Shown: positions 1 to 13,319, counted from the stretch's first letter. The stretch is DNA of 64,000 nucleotides from Octopus sinensis (GCF_006345805.1 NC_042997.1:205096001-205160000), one strand, 5' to 3'. A program made the numbers and translations. The notes: generated by a model not told the origin, from the sequence alone.

Positions 1-455
1 TCAATTCTTCGAATATCAAATATATTATATCGCGTCTTTGAATATTTTGTTTTGTACAATTTATATCGATATCAATTCTTGGATTAGCAATGTATAGACA
101 TCTAACAAATTCAAAGAGTAAGGTGAGAAATCATAGTAGAAATTTTTATATGCTATTAAACCGTCTGGTTTATCTGGAATCCAGGTAAAGAGTCTCGCGT
201 TTGCAAAATAATCCAATGGTACAGGATTAAGAAGGTCATCAAGTGTCTTGTTTGATAATGGACTTCAAAATGGAAAACTTTTTTTCCCAATTTTACTAAA
301 CGAGATAAAATATTCGTTACATTGGGAGGGATTTTCATTTGGCAATCATTGTCGAGTTCCTTCGCTTCGATGTTTAGTGCAGTTAGTGTGATAATAAGAA
401 TGATTGAAACAATAAGAGAACTGGTTGCTGTTGTTGTCGTCTGCATGGCAGCCAT
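1..455 (-). pseudogene. Paralog A of the orphan multipass membrane protein family; N-terminal part only (runs off the left edge), two frameshifts
   Basis: Aligns base-for-base to 20826..21279 (paralog B). Has a 1-nt deletion near 257 (gataatgg vs gataaatgg) and a 2-nt insertion near 93-95 (gcaatgtatagac vs gcaatgtagac). Corrected frames read [60 protein letters not shown]. Confidence 0.8.
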
Positions 456-1650
456 ATTTCGTTATCTGTAATAAAAAGAAAATAGAATACATAAATTAAT
501 GAAGATTCGTTTTAGGTTCATTACTCCATAGATATTTCAAACCGAAAATATTCATTATAAAACTGAAAGTAATAAGGAAGAACCATTTTAGTTACATTTT
601 TGTGTATTCGAAATGAGGAAGATTTATTTTAAACCGGATGTAAAAACTACAGGAGAAGGTAGAAACAGTGATAACCACAACCACAGCATTCAAGCAAAGC
701 CACCGCAAACATCATGAGTTACAAGAAAACCTGACGTCAAGGAATCGCCACTCCTGTTGCAAGCTGACAATTTCTCACAAAACAAAGAAGCCACCATCAC
801 TACCAGCACCACAAACACTATCTCGTCAATGTAAGATCCATTTTTGCACCATCAAACAATGATATCCTCATCGCCATTATGACTTTTGTAGCAGGTCAAT
901 CCGTTAGTATACAGACCAATAGGTCAGGGTAAGCACAAAAACTGAGCCTATTTTTCACTGCAGTGAAGATATCAGCAAAGATTGATTTAAATATGTAATG
1001 GCTATCACAGTTGAAGAAAATGGTAACCAAAGCAGAGCCTACAGAACATAGTAGATGCGTGGTAACCTACAGTTGCACAAAGCAAAAAAGAAGGTGAGTG
1101 GAAAAACCAATTCCAGTCCATGTCGAAACGTGCCTGAAATTTGTTCAGAGTCAAAGTACTTTTAGCACTCGTGGCAGACAATGCAGTACGGTCTATGTCA
1201 GAGTTTCTACATACATCGAAGTAAGAACCTTTCTCTAAAGTGAGGAATTCATCCTAAAATCTTCATGTTGTTGCCGATGCGGTGTGAAGGTAAGAGCGGC
1301 AGACGTGATGTCAGAAATAAACATTTGATTAATGGTAACGGCTGTATTGGCAGACATTGAAGAAGAGCACTAAATCAGCTAGAACGGGGCGGAGGGCGAG
1401 GTCCGTCCCAGGCGGCATTTTTATGGGTATATGCTGTAGGCTATAAGCCAGTACAGGCTGTATTGAAATCAAATAATAGTGGTTTTCATGTCGGGAGATG
1501 GACACTACGCACCGTTAAATGCAACAAACGATATATCTTTTGTGGGATTCCGGGGACTGCAAATTGAAGGGCTGCTCCGGGTAGCACAGACTTTAGCTAT
1601 AGCAATGAAGAGGTGCCACATACATCAGAAGGGAACGCGGTAAGCAGGAA
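1..1650. repeat. Segmental duplication block 1, copy A (partner 20826..22486)
   Basis: Continuous direct similarity at offset ~20825, from tcaattcttcgaatatc to gtaagcaggaa. Confidence 0.95.
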
Positions 1651-1920
1651 TCGGGGCTCTTGACAAAGACAGCAGAGACTCGAAAGTGTCTTCCAACTCA
1701 TTCATTCGTCGGGAGGAACCCTTTTTGTATGCGGTGGTTTTATATCCTAGGCATCTCGTTTTCGGATGTTGTAGCGTAATTGCTGCCCGACTCATAGGTA
1801 GTATTATTCGTTGCACACAACACTCAATAAACAGAAGAGTGCCATATCATGTGAAATTGGTTGAACGATATTCCGGCATCTAGCGTGCCTTCCACGTCAG
1901 TCTAATCCACTTTTTGTTAA

Positions 1921-2023
1921 GACTCTATGGGACCGAGGTAACTCATCCAGAAGTTATAGAGAAATAAATAGAAGAGTGCCATATCATGTGAAACTGGTTG
2001 AGTTACCTCGGTCCTATATAGCC
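1921..2023. mobile_element. 103-bp fold-back MITE with 30-bp imperfect TIRs, flanked by TTAA
   Basis: 1921..1950 matches the reverse complement of 1994..2023 at 26/30. TTAA at 1917..1920 and 2024..2027. Confidence 0.6.
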
Positions 2024-2224
2024 TTAATAATAAAAATGATGATGATGATGATGATGATGATGGTAATAATAATAAATCAAATATGATTGTATTCAAAGAG
2101 AGATGGTGCAAGAGGTGTTTGGGAACATATTTTGTAATCTGATTAAACAACCCTGAACTAAGAAAAAGCAAATGTATTTTAACCGTCTTTGTTCACTGCA
2201 GACATCGTTTACACATCGGTAGTC

Positions 2225-2800
2225 TTCAATGAATCTATGGTACTGTGAGAATGTCTCCTTTGGATAACACTTCATCCGTAACAGTCTATAGAATTTAAAT
2301 CTGACGAAATTTGGAGCTAAAAGCTTGTTAATATATGTTCATAATAGTTGTCTGACAGCCCTTTTAGTGTTACGTGAGCTTTTTCAGAAGGTGCTGAGTC
2401 TTATTGAAATACGTATGGCCTTCCATTGCGAATTTCTCCCATCCAGGTTTTGATAACTGTCTCCAGCACTTCAACATATCCAACAACATTAATTGCAAGT
2501 CCCTGTGGAAAGATGCGAAGTGGCATGACATGAACTTCGTTATATGCCTTTCATAAAACCATCACAGTTGCCGGGAACTTACGGTGCATCTTTCAGAAGA
2601 CAGCAAAAGGATTTGCACATAGCTGCTTATTATATTTCCAGTTAGACTTTTGGTCTTAGTCGAAGATTTCCTCATCAGAGAAGCAAAGCATAGAATGTTC
2701 ATAGGAAGTTTTCAGGTTGGTAAATAACCGCTTGGCAACGATGAAACGATTTCCTCAAACAAACAGCAGCGTAGATGTACGAAAAGATTCAAAACAAAAA
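2225..2800 (-). mobile_element. Degenerate Tc1/mariner transposase remnant
   Basis: Broken minus-strand frames give all three catalytic-motif regions: MLCFSDEEIFD*DQK, KFPATVMVL..HVMPLRIFPQGLAINVVGYVEVLETVIKTW..GRPYVFQ*DSAP, SSDLNSIDCY. Confidence 0.75.
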
Positions 2801-3876
2801 ATGTTACCAATCAATCTACGATTTTATCTCACGTTTCAGAAATCCGTTTAAGCGAAGCCGAACTCGCCAAGTGTAACTGTAAACAAAGCAACTTCAGTCA
2901 CAATATTGAGCTTCGGAAAAGTAAAACACCTCACCTTCAGCTACAAGAGATCTCTTCAAACAATCAATAAATTTGGCGCACATACTTACGTCAGTTCAAT
3001 ATTATTAAGTTTTCCCGAGAATTATGCTGTTTATACTAACTTTTCTTTAGGCCAGGTGTGTTCGGATTTTAAATTGTTGTCTATATGGTGTGTCGAAAAT
3101 TATAATTATTGTATATCTCAATCAGAAAATACGATCGATTTTGTACTCAACCGATTTGAAATTTCCCTGAACTTTTTATCCTTTATTAGGATTATATTCT
3201 TTTTCTTTGGAACAGTGGATCTCGACAGACAAGGCTATAAATATATATGAATATAAGGTTGAAAAACCATTTTGGATAGAAAAACAGTCGATTTTTTCTA
3301 TCCTGGTATGCATTTTGATATTAATGACTGGTGATGCTTCATCAGGGTAAAATTTAATTACATTTTGGATACCACCTGAACAAATTATAGGGTATTCAAA
3401 ACGTCTGACCGCAGTGAAGGCTAAAAGACGCAATCATCACCTTCGCACGGTCCATACCGCGTCAGACTCTCCAAGATGTATTTCAAAACATGTGTAGAAG
3501 AGTCAACTTCTGTATTGAAAATGAAGGACGACATTTTCAACACCTCTTATAAAGTTTGTTAAAGTCTTGTAATGACTAATATATTCTTTTGTAGACTTAT
3601 ACCATCTTATAAATACCGTTTTTGATGGCTTATAAGACGCACGAGTGCATAGGACGCACATTAGTCTAGGCTATACTTTTGTAAAATAAATTACCACTAA
3701 AATAATATTTTCATTCCTCCACTTGCCTGTATAATTTTACGTTATTACCGGTAATTATAAGCAATTTATTGCATCCATATTCGATATAAACCTACCGTAG
3801 GCGATTGTTCACCAATAAATGGCAGCATACGTTTTGTAAACATACATACCGTTTTGAGCCTACATTAAGTGCATTG

Positions 3877-6800
3877 TGTCAGGTCTCCGCTCGGAGCTAC
3901 TGGTAACATGTAACCCAGTACAACTTGTTACATGGTCGAGTCGTTGGCGACTAAACTGGCAACCCCACCAAGATTTCTTGGTGAGGAGGGTTATTTGGAC
4001 ACCCAACAGGACTAAAAACAAAACCTGTCAAAGAGCAGAGGAACTCTCTCATGAGTCAATGGCCATCCAAAAACCCACATAAATCCAGAGTGGAGCCCCT
4101 AAGGCGGTTCGATTGCGCCATGCGTGCCACCTTCCGGCAGCTCCTGCATCCTGGTCTACCCCCAGCCGTCTTGACTTTGTCTTGCCACTGGATCCGGCGC
4201 ACCAGGACGAGAGAGTGAGGCTGATTCTGCGCAAGTCACCCTCACTATAATCCAAGTCACGCGCACGTCATGACATCATGACACCAACATCACAAAGTCC
4301 TGTGGCGATGGGGAAACGGCGAAGTAGCAGGTGAGGATACACTGGGAGCTGCAGTCGTGAACCTACACACACGGCTCAGGACATGTAGTCGCCCCTCACT
4401 GAACTGAGGCAGCAGTGGAGTCCGGCACCCACCTGAGTGACCGAGCAGCTCTCTTCAGGATCGCTCTGCTCGCCTCCGCAGCATGAGGACGGGGCTAGAA
4501 AAGGTTGCTCTAAACATAGCCTGCCTCACCTCACCCTGGTCAGCAAACCGCGGCTGGCGGGGGTCCTTTCCAAGCGGTCGAAACAAAGAAAGAAAACGAA
4601 CAAAGGTGCTCACTTTCGCAACTTGGAACGTGAGAACTCTGCTTGACAACACCAAAGCGGACAGACCAGAGAGACGAACTGCCCTGGTGGCCAGAGAACT
4701 GAGCCGATACAATGTTGATATCGCAGCAGTGAGCGAGACCCGCCTTGCGGACAAAGGCCAGCTGACAGAGAGAGGCGGTGGCTACACTTTCTTTTGGAGT
4801 GGTCGCAGCAGCGAAGAGCGTCGTGAGGCTGGTGTTGGTTTTGCCATCAAGTCAGTACACGTGCGGAAACTGGAAAGCTCCCCCGAGGGTATCAACGATC
4901 AGCTGATGAAGATGCAGCTCCCACTTGGAAACAAGACTAGTGCGACCATCATCAGCGCTTACGTCCCCACCATGACCAACCCTGAAGAAGTTAAGGACAG
5001 GTTCTATGAGGAACTTGACTCCCTCATCACGTCAGCCCAGCCTGGGAAGCTCATCCTCATTGGGGACTTTAACGCCCGTGTCGGGACTGACCACCAAGCC
5101 TGGCATCGCGTACTGGGAAAGCAAGGAATCGTAAAGTGCAACAACAAGGGGCAGCTCCTCCTGCGGGCGTGCGCCTCTCATGATCTTACCATCGCCAACA
5201 CCTTGTTCCGTCTGCCAACACACAACAAGACATCATGGATGCATCCACGCTCCAAACACTGGCATCTGATAGATTACGTCATCGTCAGGGCGAAAGACAG
5301 GCGGGACGTGAGACTGGTCAAATCCATATGTGGAGCTGATTGCTGGGCGGACCATCGCCTCATCATCTCCAGGATGGATTTCTACATCCAACCTAAGAGA
5401 AGACCACAGGGTCAGAAAATGACGAGGAAGCTTATCATCACGAAATTAAAGAACCAGCTGACTGCACAAGATCTCCAGTCACGTATGGACAGCAAGCTGT
5501 TGGACATTCGGAATGACCAGTCCAGCATCGATGAGCAGTGGGAATCATTCAGGGACACGGCTCATTCCATCGCCCTTGAAACTCTAGGCCAAGTTACGAG
5601 GAACCACCAGGACTGGTTCGACGAAAACGACCAGGAAATCCAAAAGCTCATGGAAGAGAAACGCCGTCTGCTTCGGGCCCACCAAAATGATACCACCTGC
5701 ACGGCAAAGAAGGCTGCTTTCAACAACATTCGCAGCACAGTCCAGGCAAAACTCCGCCTCATGAAAGACGCATGGTTAAGCGCCAAGGCGGATGAGATTC
5801 AGGGATATGCAGACAAACACGACACCAAGAAATTCTATGAGGTGCTGAAAGCTGTCTATGGACTGCAGTCCTCCTTTGGATCAACCACCCTGCTCAGCTC
5901 TGATGGAACCTCACTCCTGACTAACAAGAGGCTGATCCTGGAGAGATGGGGGCAGCATTTTAACATCGTGCTCAACCGACCAGCCCAGATCAACGAGGAA
6001 GCCATCGCACGACTACCCCAGGTGCCGACAAACCACGAGCCGGCTGTTCCATCCCTGCAGAAGTGTTCAAGTCGGGCGGCCCCACCATGATCAGTCAGCT
6101 CACCAGCCTGTTCCAGTCGATGTGGGACAGGGAACAACTCCCTCAAGATTTCCGGGACGCAACAATCGTCCACATTTATAAGCGGAAAGGAGATCGCCAG
6201 ACCTGCGACAACCACCGAGGAATCTCCCTCTTGTACATAGCAGGCAAGATCCTTGCCCGAGTCCTGCTTGACCGCCTTCTGGAACACTTGGAGCAAGGCC
6301 TTCTCCCTGAGAGCCAGTGTGGCTTCCGCGCAGGTCGAGGGACCACTGACATGATATTCGTCGCCCGCCAGCTCTAGGAGAAATGCATGGAGCAGCACCT
6401 TGACCTCTGCATGACCTTTGTTGACCTCACCAGGGCTTTCGATACAGTCAGTCGGGAGGGACTCTGGAAGGTCATGGGAAAATTTGGTTGCCCCAGCAAA
6501 TTTATTGCAATTGTCCGCCAGTTCCACGACGGAATGACAGCCAGAGTCCTTGAAGACGGCAACTCATCTGAAGTCTTCCAGGTGACCAACGGAGTCAGGC
6601 AGGGCTGTGTCCTGGCCCCAACACTGTTCAGCATCATGTTCTCGGCAATGATGTCCGATGCCTTCAGGGACTGCAAGTCCGGTATCGACATCAAGTACAG
6701 GACGGACGGGAAATTTTTCAACTCCAGAAGATTGCAGGCCGTCACAGAGTTGAGGGAGACAGACATCAGAGACTTTCTCTTTGCTGACTACTGCGCCCTT

Positions 6801-7765
6801 AACGCAATCGATGAACAGAAGATGCAGCTCGGGATGGACAGGTTCTCATCAGCCTGTGACAACTTCGGTCTCACCATCAGTGCCAATAAAACCGAAGTGA
6901 TGTTTCAGCCAGCCCCCGGCTAACAATACCATGAGCCTCAGATAAAGGTGAACGGACGGATCCTACGAGTGGTGGAAAACTTCACCTTCCTGGGCAGCAC
7001 TCTCTCCTGCAATGCCAACATAGATGCTGAAATCATCAACAGAATCTCCAAGGCAAGCAGCACGTTTGGGAGACTGCGAAAGAAAGTCTGGGAGCGGAGA
7101 GGAATCAGCCTCAACACCAAGCTGAAGGTCTACCGGGCAGTCGTGCTTACCACCCTACTATACGGCTGCGAGACGTGGACTGCTTACCGAAGGCACGAGC
7201 GCCAGATAAACCACTTCCACCTAAGGTGTCTTCGGAACCTCCTTCACATCCGCTGGCAGGACAAAGTCCCAGACACGGAAGTTCTGAAGTAGGCAGATCT
7301 CCCTAGCACCATCACGATCATGCGCAAGGCCCAGCTGAGATGGGCAGGTTACGTCTCCCGCATGTCCGACACTCGCATCCCAAAACAGCTCTTCTACGGT
7401 GAACTCAGCCAGGGAAAATGCAAAATCGGAGGGCAGAAGAAGCGCTTCAAGGACAGTCTCAAAGTCTCTCTCAAAGACTTCTCCATCGGCACAGAAACTT
7501 GGGAGACACCGCTCATCCTGGCGCAGCGCAATCACCACAGGAGCAAAGACAGCCGAGGAGAGACGGATTCAGTCAGCAGAACAGAAACGCCAGATGCGGA
7601 AAACCAGAGCCACCTGCACCAATAGCACAGCCCCTACCCACTTCTGCCCCACCTGTGGGAGGGGCTTTCTTGCCCGGATTGGCCTCACCAGCCACCTCCG
7701 GTCTCAGAGGAGTAATTCCACCAAATGATGTCACTGGTCATCTTCGAACCCGAAGGACGAACATT
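3877..7765 (+). mobile_element. Full-length RTE-clade (BovB-like) LINE, inactivated, with 13-bp target site duplication
   Basis: TSD ATTAAGTGCATTG at 3864..3876 and 7766..7778. Contains a ~600-bp 5' UTR, an APE-RT ORF, a short 3' UTR and a catt/att tail. Confidence 0.95.
4483..7728 (+). pseudogene. RTE ORF (AP endonuclease + reverse transcriptase + C-terminal C2H2 finger), disrupted
   Basis: Motifs TWNVRTL, SETR, LIGDFNARVG, HLIDYV, QCGFRAGRGTTD, GVRQGCVLAP, LFADY (FADD degraded), LLYGCETW, CPTCGRGFLARIGLTSHLRS. Frameshifting deletions near 6053 and 7508. Stops at 6375, 6921 and 7290. Confidence 0.93.
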
Positions 7766-8329
7766 ATTAAGTGCATTGGACTCAGAGGGATTTTTAAAAC
7801 CATTTGGGGGTTAAAAAAAAGAAATAAAGTCGCGTCTTATAAACCATCAAATAAGATATTTATTTTGCAATAAAATACTTACTGCGGAGAGACTTTTTGC
7901 ACATCCTGTTTTATCCCAACCAAAAGAACTATAAAGTAACAAGCAGAAGCAATCTAAAAAGAATAAACTTAATAGCCAGTTAGATAATGGATAAATATAA
8001 GATCGTCAATAAATCTGCACCTTAGAAAGTTAAACTACCAAGACTTAACATTAAATATCACAAAACTAATTTCAAGACTAATATATACCCATCAAAATCT
8101 GACATAGGCTAGATAAGTAAGCTGATTATGGATGAGTATATACCCGGATCAAGAAATATAATTAATCTTACACTTTGGTCTAGCTCATATGAGGTAATTA
8201 ATCGGTTTAATAAAATAAATATTAAACACACAAAAAATTCGTTTATAAAAACAGCAATCATCCATAAGATAGAAAATAGCTGAAAAGGTATCTGCACATA
8301 TTTCGAACCTAACGGCTGGTGAAGAAGGC

Positions 8330-8748
8330 AAACGAAATACCTATTTCTTTACTACCCACAAGGGGCTAAACACAGAGAGGACAAACAAGGACAGACAAAC
8401 GGATTAAGTCGATTACATGGACCCCAGTGCGTAACTGGTACTTAATGTATCGACTCCGAAAGGATGAAAGGCAAAGTCGACCTAGGCGGAATTTGAACTC
8501 AAAACGTAACGGCAGACGAGATACCGCCAAGCATTTCGCAAAAGTAAGACTATTATCTTTGTCTTTTCTCATCAAGGCACCAGGTCCGGAATTTTGGTGG
8601 AGCGGATTAAGTCGATTAGATCGACATCAGTACGCAACTGGTGCTTAATTTATCGACCCCGAAAGGATGAAAGGCAAAGCCGACCTCGACGGAATTTGAA
8701 CTTAGAACGTAAAGACAGACGAAATACCGCCAAGCATTTCGCAAAACG
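8330..8748 (-). mobile_element. tRNA-derived SINE family 1 (octopus type), two to three concatenated modules
   Basis: Reverse complement of the module gtatttcgtctgccgttacgttctgagttcaaattccgccgaggtcgactttgcctttcatcctttcggggtcgat (B-box gttcaaattcc), which recurs many times in the window. Confidence 0.8.
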
Positions 8749-8859
8749 AAGACCATTATAACCTAGCAGTGAGTAAGGTGGAATATAGAGAAAAATTGAA
8801 ATTTAACAAAAATACATAAATTTTGTGAAGTATATTTGCCATTGAAATGTGGCTAACCA

Positions 8860-9645
8860 CAGGGTCCTGTCCACTTGACCAACGATGTATGATTAAACTT
8901 GTCATATATGATGCAGAAGTTACTGCTACGCTAAATGTTAATACAACTGATAAGAAAACCTAAATTGGATCATGTGAAGGGGAATTTAAAAAATCGCTAT
9001 GCTAATCACATAGCCTCTTTCCGACATAAGGACAAAAGCAAAGCTATTAAGTTGGCTAGCCATGTATGTAGTTTGAAAGCTACCGAAACACCATATGTGA
9101 TTAGGTGGAAAATAATTGAGAAATCTATACCTTATGTTAATGGATCAAATACATGTAGGCTATGTTTAGCTGAAAGAGCTCAGATCTTTTTCAGATCTGA
9201 GGTCCTTAACTCAGCGGTTGCGAAAATATGTATGAATATAGTTTTATAAATGTATGTATAAATATACAAATGGTGAAGTAGCTGTGAATAATCAGAGAGA
9301 ATTTATATTACAATATCGCGAGAAAATGTGGATGAAACTGAAAATTATAAAAAAGAATTGAAACTCACATAGTTGCAACATTTGGTTCCTTCTAGGAGAG
9401 TAGTTTCTTTCTGTATGCTGCTAAGAACGTAAATTCGAATGTGAAAATTTGGCCAGAAACGAATGACTATTTTTAAATTGTTATTTTTACTGTACAAACA
9501 TCAATTATTTGATACAGGAAGCATTACTCTTACATTCCAAACAAGCTAAATTTTAAATTGTTTTAAATTAATGTTTTCTTTCAATATGTCTGCCGACTCA
9601 TGTGTGTACTAAGGGGCATGCGGCTATTTACATATATATGTATGT
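8860..9645 (+). repeat. ~785-bp direct repeat (partner 10631..11415) containing a Penelope-like GIY-YIG fragment plus flank
   Basis: High-identity match at offset 1771 starting at cagggtcctgtccacttgacc. ORFs 8935..9249 and 10706..11020 are nearly identical. Confidence 0.92.
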
Positions 9646-10529
9646 ACAGATATGTGTATACTGTAGCTTGTAGCCCCAGGAGAACATCTTCTCCAGCTGG
9701 CTATTGACACACTTTCTGTGTCCTATCAGTATTTGCAAAGGGAAGCCATCCTTCCCATCGTCGACCTGACGTGATACGCACGGACCCTGGTTTATGAGTA
9801 ATTACCCGTCATCAGCGCACGACAATCACCGGTCTTCAAGGCGAATGGGTCCCAAAGCAAATACATATATCCTAATGATGATATTAAGAAAAATAAGTTT
9901 ATATCCTCTGATAAAAGCGATAGGAATTTGGATGGTAATCATATCGGGTGAGATAAAGGTAGAAAAATTGAAATAGTATTTAGTATAGATAAAAATACCA
10001 ATGACGCTAATAAAATAAAACCGAATTATATAATAAGAAATCCAATTAACAAAAACTTTTATTAAAACTTACGACAAATAACGGCAGCGCAAAATGCGAA
10101 AAGATTAAGTTATTTGTACGAGGAGGTTAGCTATAACGTAAATAAGCGCTAGATATTCGCCTTTTCCCTCGATTCTCCTGTTCGTTCGGCGAAGAAGTCG
10201 GGCTTGACTGTCAGGGGATATGTCTTGCGCAGGCCATTGGAGTATTAGGGCTAATGCAGCTTCGCACCTCTCCTTGAAAAATACATATTTTGCAAAACAA
10301 ATTTATCGGATTCCTACGTTTTAGATGTCGAAGATTACGAATATGCACAAAAACAATTTCGAAGAATAAGAAGAAATTGGTTCGTTCTAATTACGTCGTT
10401 GAGCCGGCATTTTCTTTACAGCGAATTGTTAATCAGGACTAGCAGTTATCGTCAAAGGAGAATGATGAATTCTTTGTGTTGCAGCAGCTTTTCAGCAACC
10501 CACACATAGAAGAAAGTATTTAATAGGCT

Positions 10530-11000
10530 TTCTAAGAAATTATCTTATAGCAGCTTTTGCCCCAACATGAAGAGTATCGTTACACGAGATGAATACCAAG
10601 AGCCTAAATCCAGTTGTAACTGTCACAACCCAGGGTCCTGTCCACTTGACCAACGATGTATGATTAAATTTGTCATATATGATGCAGAAGTTACTGCTAC
10701 GCTAAATGTTAATACAACTGATAAGAAAACCTATATTGGATCATGTGAAGGGGAATTTAAAAAATCGCTATGCTAATCACATAGCCTCTTTCCGACATAA
10801 GGACAAAAGCAAAGCTATTAAGTTGGCTAGTCATGTATGTAATTTGAAAGCTACCGAAACACCATATGTGATTAGGTGGAAAATAATTGAGAAATCTATA
10901 CCTTATGTTAATGGATCAAATACCTGTAGGCTATGTTTAGCTGAAAGAGCTCAGATCTTTTTCAGATCTGAGGTCCTTAACTCAGCGGTTGCGAAAATAT
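10530..11000 (+). mobile_element. Penelope-like element GIY-YIG endonuclease remnant (further copies at 8860..9225 and 22700..23195)
   Basis: KLSYSSFCPNMKSI..CNCHNPGSCPLDQRC..VIYDAEV..TYIGSCEGEFK/RYANHIASFR..WKII..TCRLCLAE: a VIY-YIG nuclease with Cys clusters. Confidence 0.8.
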
Positions 11001-11494
11001 GTATGAATATAGTTTTATAAATGTATGTATAAATATACAAATGGTGAAGTAGCTGTGAATAATCAGAGAGAATTTATATTACAATATCGCGAGAAAATGT
11101 GGATAAAACTGAAAACTACAAAAAGAGAATTGAAACTCACATAGTTGCAACATTTGGTTCCTTCCAGGAGAGTAGTTTCTTTCTGTATGCTGCTAAGAAC
11201 TCAAATTCGAATGTGAAAAACTGGCCAGAAACGAATGATTATTTTTAAATTGTTATTTTTACTGTACAAACATCAATTATTTGATACAGGAAGCATTACT
11301 CTTACATTCCAAATAAGCTAAATTTTAAATTGTTTTAAACTAATATTTTCTTTCAATATGTCTGCCGACTCATGTGTGTACAAGGGGGCCAGCGCCTATT
11401 TACATATATATGTATGGAGAGATATATGTATGTATAGTAGATTATAGTGTTGTATATACGTTCTGCTGGCTGACAGAATCGTTGGCCAACCTGG

Positions 11495-11858
11495 AGAAAT
11501 ACCTAGCGGTATTTCGTCTGCCGTTACGTTCTGAATCCAAATTCAGCCGAGGTCGAATATGCCTTTCATCCTTTCGAGGTCAATAAATTAAGTACTAGTT
11601 GCTCACTGGTGTCAATATAATCGACTTAATCCGTTTGTCTGTCCTTGCTTGTCCTCTCTGTGTTTAGCCCTTGGAGGTAGTAAAGAAATAGGTATTTCGT
11701 CTGCCATTGCGTTCTGAGTTCAAATTCCGTCGAGAACGACTTTGCATTCCATCCTTTCGGTGCCGATAAATTCTGTACCAGTTGCCTACTAGGGTCGATG
11801 TAAACAACTGGCCCCATCCCCAAAAATTTCGGGCCTTGTGCCTAGAATAGAAAAGTAT
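11495..11858 (+). mobile_element. SINE family 1, two modules
   Basis: Same module and linker (aatccgtttgtctgtccttg...gtttagcccctt) as other copies. Confidence 0.8.
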
Positions 11859-11861
11859 ATA

Positions 11862-11935
<74 letters not shown>

Positions 11936-12909
11936 AATTAATAAATAAATAAAACATATGCGTATATACATACATATATGTACGTACCTACCTCTACATG
12001 TATATATACATGCATATATGGGTACAGGACACCAAAAAAACGTCGAACACAATGAGAAACGAAAACATAAACACAAAACCAAGGAAATGGACATTTTTCT
12101 TAAGCAACAAAATAATAGAGTACAGGACATACAAAACAAGGAAAATTCCCCTTCTTCAATCGCCTTTGTTTCATCTACTCCACGTTTACATTACTTTAAT
12201 GAAACAATCCTTCCCGCGAAAATCAAATTAAATAAAATTTGTGATTTTTTGCGGAGGGGTAAAAATGGTAACAAAAACAGGACAGTAACGACAGAACAAA
12301 ATATAAACAGTAAAAGACAGGACATAACACAAAAAAGAAGGGCTGTTAAGCCGAACGAGATAAATTTTTTTACGAACGCTATTTTTTGAGAATGGCGAAG
12401 GAGCAACAGAAAGTGCCATCTCTACTTGAAGGCAACCAGGACAGTCGCAGAGGTCTCGACGCGGGTCAACGACGGGAGGGAGGAGGAGGAGTGAGAGAAA
12501 GGGAGAGAAAAAAGAGAATGGTTGTAGAGAAAATAATGAAGAATGAGAGAGAGAGAGGGAGAGACAGTAAGGTAGAAGAAAAGGAAAGCCAAAAGAATGA
12601 AGGCCGAGAAAGGGAGAGGGAGAGAAAGGTTAAGAGTGCGCATCATTATTAAGAACATGTTACCGCTTTCACCCTCTGCAAAAAATCCCATATTTTATTT
12701 AATTTGCTCTACGGGAAGGACTGTTTCAACGAAGTTGCGTATTGTCCTTACTTTCAAAACGCAAAGTAGATGAAACAGGTACAACTGATGAAGAGGAATG
12801 TACTTTGTGTTGCACGTCTCGTTTCTCTGTTTGTTTATTTTCTGTTTTTACTTACTGGGGTCAATGTAATCTACGTAATCCCTTCCCAAAAATTGAGGCC
12901 TTGTGTATA

Positions 12910-13028
12910 ATTACTACTACTACTACGAGTAGTAGTAGTAGTAGTAGTAGTAGTACGACTACTACTACTGCTACTACTATTACTACTACTACTAGTACAA
13001 GTACTACTACTACCACCACCACCACACC

Positions 13029-13077
<49 letters not shown>

Positions 13078-13288
13078 TTATTATTATTATTTCTATTATT
13101 ATTATTATTAATAATAATAATAATATTATTATTATTACTTTTACTACTACTACTATTCTCGTTATTATTATTATTATTATTATTATTATCATTATTATTA
13201 TCATTATATTATTATTATTATTATTAGTATAATTATCATCATCATCAACATCATCATTATTATTATTATTATTATTATTATTCCTATA

Positions 13289-13319
<31 letters not shown>

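Larger units (their letters stand above)
3614..7858. mobile_element. ~340-bp non-autonomous TIR element (pogo/Tigger-like ends) split by the RTE insertion
   Basis: Left TIR taccgtttttgatggcttataagacgc (3614..3640). Right TIR gcgtcttataaaccatcaaataagata (7832..7858), its near reverse complement. Confidence 0.6.

Noticed and set aside
3176-3433. 85-aa protein-like ORF
   Set aside because: No recognisable motif, no splice context, and not present in duplication unit B.
4483-7728. Active autonomous LINE
   Set aside because: Three in-frame stops, two frameshifting deletions and a degraded RT catalytic motif.
12785-12830. CTGATGA as a hammerhead core
   Set aside because: No downstream GAAA and no stems.
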